A stretch of 44,668 nt of DNA, taken from the NCBI GenBank assembly GCA_020718125.1, contig DYDC01000001.1:1-44668 (forward strand), read 5' to 3'. The position numbers and the translations under genes are program-made. The stretch comes from Methylacidiphilum sp. (GTDB lineage Bacteria; Verrucomicrobiota; Verrucomicrobiia; CAIQCK01). How positions within the stretch are numbered: position 1 is the first letter of the stretch; the number at the start of each line of letters is the position of its first letter. Shown piece by piece: positions 27,444 to 36,323 of the stretch. The notes beneath the pieces are model-generated. The model had not been told where the DNA came from, did not search any database, and saw only the letters and a program-made list of their open reading frames with translations.

Positions 27444-28837
27444 GGCTGGACGGGCGGCCGTTGGTGGCTGGCATGGCGCTGTCAATGGCGCTGGGCAGCG
27501 CTTGGGGCGCGACGACGAACGCATTCACGCGGGCAGTCAGTTTCTCGGGCCAGATCCACGTCCTGTGCGCCGAGCCTGCGTTGGCCGCGCCATTGGTGTC
27601 GTTCTGCGAGGATATCCGCGCGAAACTGGTCAAACGCGTGGGCGACGACGGACCGTGGCGCGCACCGGTGGCGGTGGTGGTCCGACAGAGGGCGGTGGGC
27701 AGCCCGGTGGCAATGCCCGGCGAGGCTGGACGGCTCCGCAGTTCTGTTGTGACCGTGTCGGGTTTCCTTCGGTTTCAGATCGAGATGGAGGCGCCGCCGC
27801 CGGTGGACGCGGATGAATTCGTGCGCGCGCTCGCGGGCGCGTTGCTGTCCGAGATGGCCAACCGCAGCCTCGGCAAGGTCGCGCCCGGCCAGACGATGGG
27901 GAGGGTGCCGGCGTGGCTGGTGTGGGGGCTGGTGAACCGGATGGATGATACCGCGCGGCCGGCCACACTCCGCGAGGTGCGGCGCGCGGTGGAACAGGGG
28001 GCGTTGCCGGGTTACTCGGAGTTCACGGCGTGGGATGCGCCGCAATGCGACACGGCGCTCTACCGCGCCTGTTGCGAGCTGCTGGTAGAGGCGTTGGAGA
28101 CGCAACTCAAGGGCCGGGAGAAGTTGCGCGACTTCGTGTTCGGCTTGAAGCCGGGCCGTTCATGGGGGACAACGCTGGCTGAGACGTTTGGCGGCGGGTT
28201 TGGCTACAAGCCCGGTTTGGAGAAATGGTGGGCGCTGTTCGCCAGCCGTGCGTCGGCGATGATCGTGGCGGAAGGCCTGTCCTGGACCGAATCGCGACGC
28301 CAGCTTGAGATGGCATTGCGGACGGATGAACCAGCTTTGGCGGCAGGCCTCTCCACGGGCGTCCTGCCAGCGGACTTCCTCAAACAGTGCGCGAACGATG
28401 CAAACACGCTCATGGAATGGCTCGTGCCGGTGCAGGGCCGGCTGCTGACGATGGCGCCGCTGGCGCACCCGTTGTATCGGCCGGTCGCCGGGGCTTATCT
28501 CAACGCGATAGATTCTTTGCGTGAGAAGCAGCCTCCGCAGAAAGGGTTCTGGGCCGGCGTGACGTCGTGGTTTGCGGAAGTCGGCGGCGCGCGGGAGAAA
28601 AGGATCCGGAGGTTCCAAAGCGACCTGCAGCGCGCGGTGGCCGCGCGGCGTCGCGCCGAACAAAGCGGCGAGGCCATGTCGCGCTATGTCGGCGAAGTGG
28701 AGGCGTCGGTGTATCCGGAGGACTTCGCAAAGCAGTTCGGCGGCTGGTTCCAGGTCAATCCACCGGCCGGCGGCAGCCCGCAGCCCACCCCCATCAGCAA
28801 GTTTTTGGATCGCGTCGAGGCGGAGCAACGGCGCTAA
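27440..28837 (+). CDS. Hypothetical secreted protein
   Basis: ATGA overlap with the upstream gene; signal-like N-terminus; VPAWL..GL and LEKWWAL motifs. Confidence 0.6.
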   Translation: MRLDGRPLVAGMALSMALGSAWGATTNAFTRAVSFSGQIHVLCAEPALAAPLVSFCEDIRAKLVKRVGDDGPWRAPVAVVVRQRAVGSPVAMPGEAGRLRSSVVTVSGFLRFQIEMEAPPPVDADEFVRALAGALLSEMANRSLGKVAPGQTMGRVPAWLVWGLVNRMDDTARPATLREVRRAVEQGALPGYSEFTAWDAPQCDTALYRACCELLVEALETQLKGREKLRDFVFGLKPGRSWGTTLAETFGGGFGYKPGLEKWWALFASRASAMIVAEGLSWTESRRQLEMALRTDEPALAAGLSTGVLPADFLKQCANDANTLMEWLVPVQGRLLTMAPLAHPLYRPVAGAYLNAIDSLREKQPPQKGFWAGVTSWFAEVGGAREKRIRRFQSDLQRAVAARRRAEQSGEAMSRYVGEVEASVYPEDFAKQFGGWFQVNPPAGGSPQPTPISKFLDRVEAEQRR

Positions 28838-28861
28838 CGTGTGGATCGCGGGCCGGGAGAG

Positions 28862-28951
28862 TGGCGGAGGGGGCGAGATTCGAACTCGCGAGGGCTTTTA
28901 CACCCCACACGCTTTCCAGGCGTGCTCCTTCAACCACTCGGACACCCCTCC
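28862..28951 (-). tRNA. tRNA-Ser(GGA)
   Basis: GGAGGGG acceptor stem, GAGTGG D-arm, anticodon loop CTGGAAA, long variable arm, GTTCGAATC T-loop, G discriminator, encoded CCA. Confidence 0.96.
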
Positions 28952-28966
28952 GCAAAGGGCGCGCAA

Positions 28967-28995
28967 ACCGTAGCGGGGCGCCCCGCCGATTGCAA
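28967..28995 (-). promoter_or_regulatory. Putative sigma70 promoter for tRNA-Ser
   Basis: TTGCAA-N17-TACGGT on the minus strand just upstream of the tRNA. Confidence 0.5.
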
Positions 28996-29084
28996 GACGC
29001 GGGCACTACGCGAGCGCAACGCGCGCGATTGACTTTTGAGGGTGGCTCTGACGATATATCCCGCGACTTCAACAGGAGAAAACC

Positions 29085-30197
29085 ATGCCCCCAGCCAAAG
29101 CGGCCGACAAAACCGAAAAAACAGACAAAGCCGAGAAGATCGAGAAACCGGCGGGAACCGACGCGGCGCCCGCCAAGACCCCCGCGCAGGTCAAGCAGCT
29201 CGAAGCCGCCATCGCCCACATCGCCAAGACCTACGGCGAGGGCAGCATCATGCGCCTTGGCGACGAGCGCGCCCGCGTGAAGATCGGCGTCATCTCGACG
29301 GGTTCGCTGGCCATTGACATGGCGCTCGGCATCGGCGGCGTGCCGCGCGGGCGCATCGTGGAGATTTACGGCCCGGAAATGTCCGGCAAGACCACGCTCG
29401 TGCTCCAGATCATGGCGCAGGCGCAGAAAAACGGCGGCTTGGCGGCGTTCATTGACGCCGAGCACGCGATGGCCCCGAACTACGCCAAGAAGCTCGGCGT
29501 CAACCTCGACGATTTGCTGGTGAGCCAGCCTGATAGTGGTGAAGAAGCGCTTCAGATCGTCGAGACGCTGGTTCGTTCCAACGCGCTTGACGTTATCGCG
29601 ATTGACTCGGTCGCCGCGCTCGTTCCGCGGGCCGAACTCGAAGGCCAGATGGGCGACGCCATCGTCGGCGTGCAGGCGCGTCTCATGAGCCAGGCGATGC
29701 GCAAACTGACCTCGATTGTGGCGAGGGCCAACACCTGCGTCATCTTCACCAACCAGCTCCGCGAAAAAATCGGCGTCATGTTCGGCAGCCCGGAGACGAC
29801 GCCGGGCGGCAAGGCGCTGAAGTTCTACGCCAGCGTGCGCATTGACATCCGCCGCCAGCAGCAGATTAAAGACCCCGAAGGCCGCGCCATCGGCAACCAT
29901 TGCAAGGTGAAGGTCGTGAAGAACAAGTGCGCCCCGCCGTTCACCGAGTGCGAATTCGACGTGATGTATAACGAGGGCATCTCGAAGGAAGGCAGCATCC
30001 TCGACGTGGCGACCAACTGCGGCGTCGTCGAGAAGAAAGGCTCCTGGCTCCAGTTCGAGGGCGAGATGATCGGCCAGGGCCGCGAAGCCGCGAAGGACTT
30101 CCTCCGCCAGAACCCCGCCGTCGGTGAGAAGATCGTCGCGGCGGTGAAGGCCAAGGCGGCAGGCCCGGCGGCTGCCGCCGAAGTGAAGAGTGAATAG
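29085..30197 (+). CDS. recA: Recombinase A
   Basis: [61 protein letters not shown]. Confidence 0.98.
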   Translation: MPPAKAADKTEKTDKAEKIEKPAGTDAAPAKTPAQVKQLEAAIAHIAKTYGEGSIMRLGDERARVKIGVISTGSLAIDMALGIGGVPRGRIVEIYGPEMSGKTTLVLQIMAQAQKNGGLAAFIDAEHAMAPNYAKKLGVNLDDLLVSQPDSGEEALQIVETLVRSNALDVIAIDSVAALVPRAELEGQMGDAIVGVQARLMSQAMRKLTSIVARANTCVIFTNQLREKIGVMFGSPETTPGGKALKFYASVRIDIRRQQQIKDPEGRAIGNHCKVKVVKNKCAPPFTECEFDVMYNEGISKEGSILDVATNCGVVEKKGSWLQFEGEMIGQGREAAKDFLRQNPAVGEKIVAAVKAKAAGPAAAAEVKSE

Positions 30198-30264
30198 TTC
30201 AGAGTGAAGAGTTCAGAAAGTCAGTCACCGTTAACTCTTCACTCTTCACTCTTCACTTTTAACT
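30182..30264. repeat. Inverted heptamer array (AGTGAAG)n ... (CTTCACT)n spanning the recA stop
   Basis: agtgaag agtgaat agttcag agtgaag agttcag ... cttcact cttcact cttcact. Confidence 0.85.
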
Positions 30265-30274
30265 TTCTGCCGTC

Positions 30275-33200
30275 ATGACCAGTTCCGAAATACGCCAGTT
30301 GTTCCTCGACTACTTCAAGCGCCAGGGGCACACCATCGTGCCGTCGTCGTCGCTGCTGCCCGACGCGCCGAACCTGCTGTTCACCAACGCCGGCATGAAC
30401 CAGTTCGTGCCGATCTTCCTCGGCCAGCAGCCGTGCCCCTACAAGCCCCAGCGCGCCGCCGACACGCAGAAGTGCATCCGCGCGGGCGGCAAGCACAACG
30501 ACCTCGAAGACGTCGGCCTCGACACCTACCACCACACGTTCTTCGAGATGCTCGGCAACTGGAGCTTCGGCGACTATTTCAAAAAGGAAGCCATCGCGTG
30601 GGCGTGGGAACTCGTCACATCGAAGGACTGGTGGGGCTTCCCGAAGGAGCGCATCTACGCCACGGTCTATAAGCCCGGCCCCGGCGATCCGAGCGAGTTC
30701 GACCAGGAAGCCTACAACCACTGGGCGAGCATCTTCACCGCCGCCGGCCTCGACCCGAAGCAGCACATCGTCTTCGGCAACAAGAAGGACAACTTCTGGA
30801 TGATGGGCGACACCGGCCCGTGCGGCCCGTGTTCGGAGCTGCACGTGGACCTCACGCCCAAGGGTGACACGCACGGCGCGCTGGTCAACAAAGGCAGCGC
30901 GCAGTGCATCGAGATCTGGAACCTCGTGTTCATGGAGTTCAACGCGAACCCGGACGGCACGTTTTCGCCGCTGCCGGCCAAGAATGTGGACACCGGCGCG
31001 GGCTTCGAGCGCGTCACCTCGATCATCCAGTGCACGAAGAACTTCACCGACTTCGGCGGCATCATCTCCAACTACGAGACTGACGTCTTCCGGCCCATCT
31101 TCGACGTGCTGGAGAAGCTCAGCGGCAAACGCTACGGCTCCACGCTGCCGAAGGCGGGCGAATTACCGGCTGCCGAGCAGGAGAAAATCGACATCGCTTT
31201 CCGTGTCATCGCCGACCACATCCGTTGCCTGGGCTTCGGCATCGCTGACGGCATCCCGCCGAGCAACGAAGGCCGCGGCTACGTCCTGCGCCGCATCCTG
31301 CGCCGCGCCGTCCGCTACGGCCGCTCACTCGGCTTCCACGAGCCGTTCTTCTACAAGCTCGTCGCGGTGCTCGCCCGGACGATGGGCGGCGTGTTCCCGG
31401 AAGCGCGCCAGCGGCAGGCGAGCATCGAGAAGGCCCTGCGCGGCGAGGAGGAGAGTTTCAACCGGACCTTGGATCGCGGCATTGAATTGTTCAACGAGGA
31501 AGCGTTGCGATTGACGGGGAGCGCACGCGTCCCGCGTGCGACTTCCGGCGTCTCGCCGGAAGCTGCGGTGGGCGCACGCTACTCCAAGCGTCGTTTGCCG
31601 CACTTTGAACGACCGTGGGCGAAATACATCGTGACGTTCTCCACCGTGGAGCGCCGGCAACTATCGCCGGCGGCCCGCGGTATCGTCTTGAACAGTCTGT
31701 TGTTTGTGCAGCAGCAAGGCCGCTACCAACTCTACGCCGCGTGTGTGATGCCCGACCACGTCCATTTGCTCTTCGAACCGCAAATCAAGACAGAAGACGC
31801 CGAGGGCAAGCCAATGTTTTGGTCGCTCACAGAACTCCTGCATTCCATCAAATCGTTCACGGCACACGAGATCAACAAGACAGAGGCCAAAAGCGGAGCC
31901 GTATGGGAAAAGGAGTCGTTTGACCGAATGATCCGGTCGGATGCGGACTGTGAAGAGAAGTTCAACTACATCTGCCAAAACCCTTGGGGGCCGGGTGGGG
32001 TTGCGCAGACGGAACCGTATCAGTGGTTGTGGACGCCTGAGGTTGCGCAACCGCAGACTCCTCGGCGGGACGCCGAGGAGGGCACGCGGGACGCGTGCGC
32101 TCCCCGGAACCTAACGGGCGACTTCGCTTTCAAACTCTATGACACCTACGGCTTCCCGCTCGACCTCACGGAACTGATGGCTCGCGAGCAGGGACTGAAA
32201 GTGGACGTGCCAGGCTTCGAAAAGCGGATGGAAGAACAACGGCAGCGGGCGCGTGAGGACTACGAGAAGAAGAAGTCGGTCATCGCGGCTGTGGGCGAGG
32301 GGCTGAAGGTCGAGCCGACGAAGTTCCTCGGCTACGACAACCTCGAAGCCGAGGCGGTCGTCGAGGCCGTCGCGCCGGGCGCGGAGGCGGGCGAGTTCGA
32401 GGTCGTCCTCGACAAGACGCCATTCTATGCCGAGATGGGCGGCCAGGTCGGCGACACGGGCCTGGTCCACGCGCCGGGACACGACTGGACCGAACTGGGC
32501 AAGCTACAGGTGCTCGACACGCAGCGTCAGGGCGAGGTCCATGTTCACCGCTCCAAGCTCTCCGACGGCCGCGCGCCGGTGGTGGGGGAGGCGGTGCGCG
32601 CAGCAGTGGACGCGGCGCGGCGGGCGAACATCCAGCGGCACCACACGGTGACGCACCTGTTCCACTGGGCGTTGCACGAGGTCGTCAGCAAGGACGCGCG
32701 GCAGCGCGGCTCGCATGTCGCGCCGGACCGGATGCGGTTCGATTTCAATCACCCGGAGCGGCTGACCGAGCGGCAGATCGCCGACATCGAGCGGCTGGTT
32801 AACGAGCGGATCAAGGAGAACGCGCCGGTCTATTGGACCGAAGCGCCTTACACCGAGATCAAGGGCAACGCGGCCGTGATGCAGTTCTTCGGCGAGAAAT
32901 ACGGCGACATCGTCCGCGTGGTGCAGATCGGCGGCCACGCGGGCAAGTTCGACGGCTATTCGGCGGAGCTTTGTGGCGGCACGCACACGCGGAACACGGG
33001 CGACATTCAGTTCTTCAAGATCGCGAAAGAGTCTGCCATCGCGGCGGGCACGCGCCGCGTCGAGGCGGTCGTGGGCCGGTTCGCGCTGGAGTTCGTGGAG
33101 AAGATGAAGGTTCAGCAGCGGGCCGAAGCCGCCAAAGCGCAGGCTCGCGGGCAGGACAAGGAACTCGCGAAGCAGCGGCAGGCGGATGCGCAGCGTCAGG

Positions 33201-33565
33201 CCGCGGGTCTTGCCGGTCAACTACTGGCGAAGGCGCAGCAGGTCGGCGCCGTGAAGTGCGTCGTTGCCAACGTCGGGGAAACGACGCCTGATGCGCTACG
33301 GACGATTGTTGACGGCATCAAGCCGAAGTTGCCGAGCGGCGTGGTTGTGCTCGGTGGCACGGGCGGCGGCAAGGTGTCGCTGGTTTGCTTCATCACACCC
33401 GACCTCGTGAAAGCGGGCAAGAACGCCGGCGAGATTGTTGGCGCGCTGGCGAAGACTTGCGGCGGTGGCGGCGGCGGCAGGCCGGACATGGCGCAGGCCG
33501 GCGGCAAAGACCCGTCGAAGCTCGACGAGGCGCTGAGATCTGTCACGGGCTTGATTGGCGGCTGA
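30275..33565 (+). CDS. alaS: Alanine--tRNA ligase carrying an in-frame ~200-aa transposase insertion
   Basis: LLFTNAGMNQF, HHTFFEMLGNWSFG, DTGAGFER, FKLYDTYGFP, HTVTHL, ELCGGTH, GGGGG..MAQAGG; one uninterrupted 1096-aa ORF. Confidence 0.97.
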   Translation: MTSSEIRQLFLDYFKRQGHTIVPSSSLLPDAPNLLFTNAGMNQFVPIFLGQQPCPYKPQRAADTQKCIRAGGKHNDLEDVGLDTYHHTFFEMLGNWSFGDYFKKEAIAWAWELVTSKDWWGFPKERIYATVYKPGPGDPSEFDQEAYNHWASIFTAAGLDPKQHIVFGNKKDNFWMMGDTGPCGPCSELHVDLTPKGDTHGALVNKGSAQCIEIWNLVFMEFNANPDGTFSPLPAKNVDTGAGFERVTSIIQCTKNFTDFGGIISNYETDVFRPIFDVLEKLSGKRYGSTLPKAGELPAAEQEKIDIAFRVIADHIRCLGFGIADGIPPSNEGRGYVLRRILRRAVRYGRSLGFHEPFFYKLVAVLARTMGGVFPEARQRQASIEKALRGEEESFNRTLDRGIELFNEEALRLTGSARVPRATSGVSPEAAVGARYSKRRLPHFERPWAKYIVTFSTVERRQLSPAARGIVLNSLLFVQQQGRYQLYAACVMPDHVHLLFEPQIKTEDAEGKPMFWSLTELLHSIKSFTAHEINKTEAKSGAVWEKESFDRMIRSDADCEEKFNYICQNPWGPGGVAQTEPYQWLWTPEVAQPQTPRRDAEEGTRDACAPRNLTGDFAFKLYDTYGFPLDLTELMAREQGLKVDVPGFEKRMEEQRQRAREDYEKKKSVIAAVGEGLKVEPTKFLGYDNLEAEAVVEAVAPGAEAGEFEVVLDKTPFYAEMGGQVGDTGLVHAPGHDWTELGKLQVLDTQRQGEVHVHRSKLSDGRAPVVGEAVRAAVDAARRANIQRHHTVTHLFHWALHEVVSKDARQRGSHVAPDRMRFDFNHPERLTERQIADIERLVNERIKENAPVYWTEAPYTEIKGNAAVMQFFGEKYGDIVRVVQIGGHAGKFDGYSAELCGGTHTRNTGDIQFFKIAKESAIAAGTRRVEAVVGRFALEFVEKMKVQQRAEAAKAQARGQDKELAKQRQADAQRQAAGLAGQLLAKAQQVGAVKCVVANVGETTPDALRTIVDGIKPKLPSGVVVLGGTGGGKVSLVCFITPDLVKAGKNAGEIVGALAKTCGGGGGGRPDMAQAGGKDPSKLDEALRSVTGLIGG
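31515..32106 (+). mobile_element. REP-associated tyrosine (HUH/Y1, RAYT/IS200-like) transposase element inserted in frame in alaS
   Basis: Perfect 25-bp inverted repeats (31515-31539, 32082-32106); RRLPH, YIVTF, VMPDHVHLL (HUH), IKSFTA, WEKESFDRMIR, YICQNP (catalytic Tyr) motifs. Confidence 0.92.
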
Positions 33566-33579
33566 GCCGCGGCGGTTGC

Positions 33580-33864
33580 ATGGCGCTGAAGCAGTTGACG
33601 TTCGCGAAGGACGTGGACGATCTCGACACGCTTTATCTGCCCGACGACAGCATCGTGTTCTCATCCACGCGCGAGCCGAAGTATTGCGGTTGCAACCGGC
33701 ACATCATGGCCAATCTCCATCGCATGGAGGCCGACGGCGCGAACATGCGCCCGATCGGCAAGGGCGCGTTGTTCGAGGGGCACAGCAGCCTGACGCCCGA
33801 CGGCCGCATCCTTTGCGACCGGTGGGAATACGTGGACCGGAACGTCGGCGACGCGCAGGGACTA
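33580..33864 (+). pseudogene. Fragment of a large beta-propeller (HzsA-related / TolB-like) protein
   Basis: QLT...DD.D..YLPD..IVFSSTR.P.YC.C...GH.S...DGRIL..RWEYVDR; only ~95 codons, then the frame runs into the promoter and riboswitch. Confidence 0.6.
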
Positions 33865-33893
33865 TTGACTTCGCCGGGCGGGGCCGATATTTT
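33865..33893 (+). promoter_or_regulatory. Sigma70 promoter of the rib operon
   Basis: TTGACT-N17-TATTTT immediately 5' of the riboswitch. Confidence 0.6.
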
Positions 33894-33906
33894 CGGCCGT
33901 GTTGTA

Positions 33907-34055
33907 AGTCTTCAGGGCAGGGTGAACATGCCGCCTGTAGTGACGGTGGCGGCAAGTGATTCCCGACCGGCGGTAAACCCCGCGACCCCTCGCGAGCAGA
34001 GGGCTGATCCGGTGCAACTCCGGAGGCGACGGTAAAGTCCGGACGAAAGAAGAAT
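33907..34055 (+). promoter_or_regulatory. FMN riboswitch (RFN element) with an insertion in L2
   Basis: CTTCAGGGCAGGGTGAA..ATTCCCGACCGGCGGT..CCGCGA..GATCCGGTGCAACTCCGGA..CGACGGTAAAGTCCGGA..AGAAGA upstream of ribBA. Confidence 0.93.
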
Positions 34056-34094
34056 TCGTGGCTCGCCTGCAAGGCAGGCGGCGTGTCACTTTCG

Positions 34095-34130
34095 ACCCTG
34101 AAGGCTGTGCGGCTTCAGGGTTGTTATTTT
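34095..34130 (+). terminator. Riboswitch-controlled intrinsic terminator
   Basis: ACCCTGAAG-loop-CTTCAGGGT followed by TGTTATTTT; the 5' arm is also complementary to CTTCAGGG at 33910-33917 (antiterminator). Confidence 0.75.
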
Positions 34131-34131
34131 A

Positions 34132-35376
34132 ATGAGTGAGAAACTGACAGTGCAGCCTGGCCAGGACCTGATTCCCGGTTGTCCGTTCGACCCGGTGGAT
34201 GAGGTCATCGCCGATGTGCGCGCCGGCAAGCTGGTGATCGTCACCGACGACGCCGACCGTGAGAACGAGGGCGACCTCATTGTCGCAGCGGAGAAGATCA
34301 CGCCTGCGGTGGTGAACTTCATCGTCAAGCACGGGCGCGGCCTGCTGTGCGTGGCGTTGCAGGACGAGGACCTCACCCGCCTCGGCATCAGCCGGATGGT
34401 TGAGCAGAACCACGACTCGTTCGGGACGGCGTTCATGGTCACCGTGGACGCCGCGGAAGGTGTCACCACAGGCATCAGCGCTGCCGATCGGGCGAAAACA
34501 ATCCAAGTGCTCGGCAGTCCAAAATCGAAGCCGGACGACCTGCGGCAGCCCGGCCACGTCAATCCGCTCGCGGCGCGTCCGGGCGGCGTGTTGCGGCGCG
34601 CGGGGCATACGGAGGCGGCAGTGGACCTGGCGCGGCTGGCGGGGCTGCATCCGTGCGGCGTGCTCTGCGAGATCATGAACGACGACGGCGCGATGGCACG
34701 GCTGCCGGAACTGATCGCGTTCAAGCGCAAACACGGCCTGAAGATGTGCAATATGCGCGACCTGATCCACCATCGGAACCGGCGCGAGAAGCTCATAGTC
34801 AAGGAGCGGGAGGTGACGATGCCGACGGATTGCGGCCACTTCAAGCTGCACCTCTACCGTTCGCTGGTTGACGGCCAGCACCACGTCGCGCTGGTCAAGG
34901 GCGACGTGCGCGGCCGGCGGGGCGTGCTGGTGCGCGTCCACAGCGAATGCCTCACGGGTGATGTGTTTCATTCGCAGCGATGCGACTGCGGCGGCCAGCT
35001 CCACCGCGCCATGAAGATGGTCGAGGACGAGGGGTGTGGCGTCATCGTCTATCTGCGGCAGGAAGGCCGTGGTATCGGTCTGTCGCACAAGATTCACGCC
35101 TACGAGTTGCAGGAGAAGGAAGGTTTGGACACGGTTGAGGCGAATGAACGCCTCGGCTTCCAAGCCGACCTGCGCGAATACGGCATCGGCGCCCAGATCC
35201 TCGTGGACCTCGGCCTTCGCTCCATCCGCCTGCTGACGAACAATCCCAAGAAGATGATCGGTCTCGACGGCTTCGGCCTGAAGGTGATCGAGCAACTGCC
35301 GATCCGCGGCAACCTGACGCCGCACAACGCCCGCTATCTGAAAACCAAGAAACTCAAACTGGGCCACGTCCTCTGA
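34132..35376 (+). CDS. ribBA: Bifunctional DHBP synthase / GTP cyclohydrolase II
   Basis: DRENEGD, GVLRRAGHTEA, RVHSECLTGD..S.RCDCG, RQEGRGIG, LLTNNP. Confidence 0.97.
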   Translation: MSEKLTVQPGQDLIPGCPFDPVDEVIADVRAGKLVIVTDDADRENEGDLIVAAEKITPAVVNFIVKHGRGLLCVALQDEDLTRLGISRMVEQNHDSFGTAFMVTVDAAEGVTTGISAADRAKTIQVLGSPKSKPDDLRQPGHVNPLAARPGGVLRRAGHTEAAVDLARLAGLHPCGVLCEIMNDDGAMARLPELIAFKRKHGLKMCNMRDLIHHRNRREKLIVKEREVTMPTDCGHFKLHLYRSLVDGQHHVALVKGDVRGRRGVLVRVHSECLTGDVFHSQRCDCGGQLHRAMKMVEDEGCGVIVYLRQEGRGIGLSHKIHAYELQEKEGLDTVEANERLGFQADLREYGIGAQILVDLGLRSIRLLTNNPKKMIGLDGFGLKVIEQLPIRGNLTPHNARYLKTKKLKLGHVL

Positions 35377-35846
35377 TGCTACGCGCGCACAAATCACAAC
35401 CAGTTCTCTCTGCTGATGGCCTGCGATTTGCAGTCGTTGGCAGCCGCTACAACCGTCGCTTTGCCGACGCGCTCGTGAACCACGCCACGCGCACCCTGCA
35501 CAAGGCCGGCGCAGACCGCGCAGACGTGAAGGTCGTGCGGGTGCCGGGCGGGTTTGAGATTCCCGTCGTGGTCGAACGGCTGGCGGCGAGCGGCCATTTC
35601 GACGCGATCATCGCCCTCGGCGTCATCATCCGCGGCGAGACGGCGCACGCCGACCTGATTGGCGCATCCATCACTCGCGAGTTGGCCGGCACGGCCGTGC
35701 GGCACGGTTTACCAATCATCCACGAAGCATTGTTGCTGCAAAACGAGGAGCAGGCCGAAGTGCGCTGCGTGAAGCCGGAGCACAACCGGGGCACGGAAGC
35801 CGCGTTGACGGCGATCGAGATGGCGCGGTTGATGCAGGAGCTTTGA
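35376..35846 (+). CDS. ribH: 6,7-dimethyl-8-ribityllumazine synthase
   Basis: VPG.FEIP, LGVIIRGETAH, N.G.EAA..AIEM. Confidence 0.93.
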   Translation: MLRAHKSQPVLSADGLRFAVVGSRYNRRFADALVNHATRTLHKAGADRADVKVVRVPGGFEIPVVVERLAASGHFDAIIALGVIIRGETAHADLIGASITRELAGTAVRHGLPIIHEALLLQNEEQAEVRCVKPEHNRGTEAALTAIEMARLMQEL

Positions 35847-35849
35847 ATC

Positions 35850-36323
35850 ATGGGCACACGACGACAGAGCCGCGAAGCCGCAGTCCAGATCCTCTACCAG
35901 CGCGACCTCAACCCGCATGAGGCGCTGGACGATGCCGTGGCGAGATTTTGGAAGGAGCAGGATTATCCCGACGACATCCGCGCCTTTGCTGAAAAGCTGG
36001 CGCGCGGCGCGCTGGAGAAGCGGGACGCCGTGGACGAGCAGATCAAACGGGTCACGGAGAACTGGGAGTTGGAGCGCATCGCGGCCGTGGACCGGAATAT
36101 CCTGCGGCTGGCGATCCATGAGATGATGTTTTGCGACGACATCCCGCCGGTCGTCTCGATCAACGAGGCGGTGGACATCGCCAAGAAGTTCAGCACCAAG
36201 GAGAGCGGCAAGTTCGTCAACGGCATCCTCGACCGCATCCGCAAGGAGTTGCCCCGTCCCGCCCGCACAGCCGGCCCGCGCGAGCCGGAGAGCGGCGGTT
36301 CCGCGCCCACGGCAGCATCATGA
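35850..36323 (+). CDS. nusB: Transcription antitermination factor
   Basis: RRQSREAAVQILY, DRNILR, VSINEAVDIAK, FVNGILD. Confidence 0.96.
   Translation: MGTRRQSREAAVQILYQRDLNPHEALDDAVARFWKEQDYPDDIRAFAEKLARGALEKRDAVDEQIKRVTENWELERIAAVDRNILRLAIHEMMFCDDIPPVVSINEAVDIAKKFSTKESGKFVNGILDRIRKELPRPARTAGPREPESGGSAPTAAS

Noticed and set aside
28862..28951. tRNA-Ser as an integration site for an island
   Set aside because: No integrase and no duplicated tRNA 3' end seen in the window.
29085..29190. Lys/Glu-rich repetitive RecA N-terminal extension as a mobile repeat
   Set aside because: Low-complexity, codon-phase repetition only; no palindrome or 7-nt periodicity.
29367..29396. RecA P-loop GPEMSGKT instead of GPESSGKT
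   Set aside because: This position tolerates variation and the GKT core is intact, so there is no evidence of altered function.
18860..30264. Short repeat arrays as CRISPR
   Set aside because: Units are 7-8 nt and contiguous, with no unique spacers and no cas genes.
31511..32110. alaS insert as an intein or a group I intron/IStron
   Set aside because: No HINT blocks and no His-Asn followed by Cys/Ser/Thr at the junction. The insert is fully accounted for by hairpin ends plus the Y1 ORF, leaving no room for a ribozyme core.
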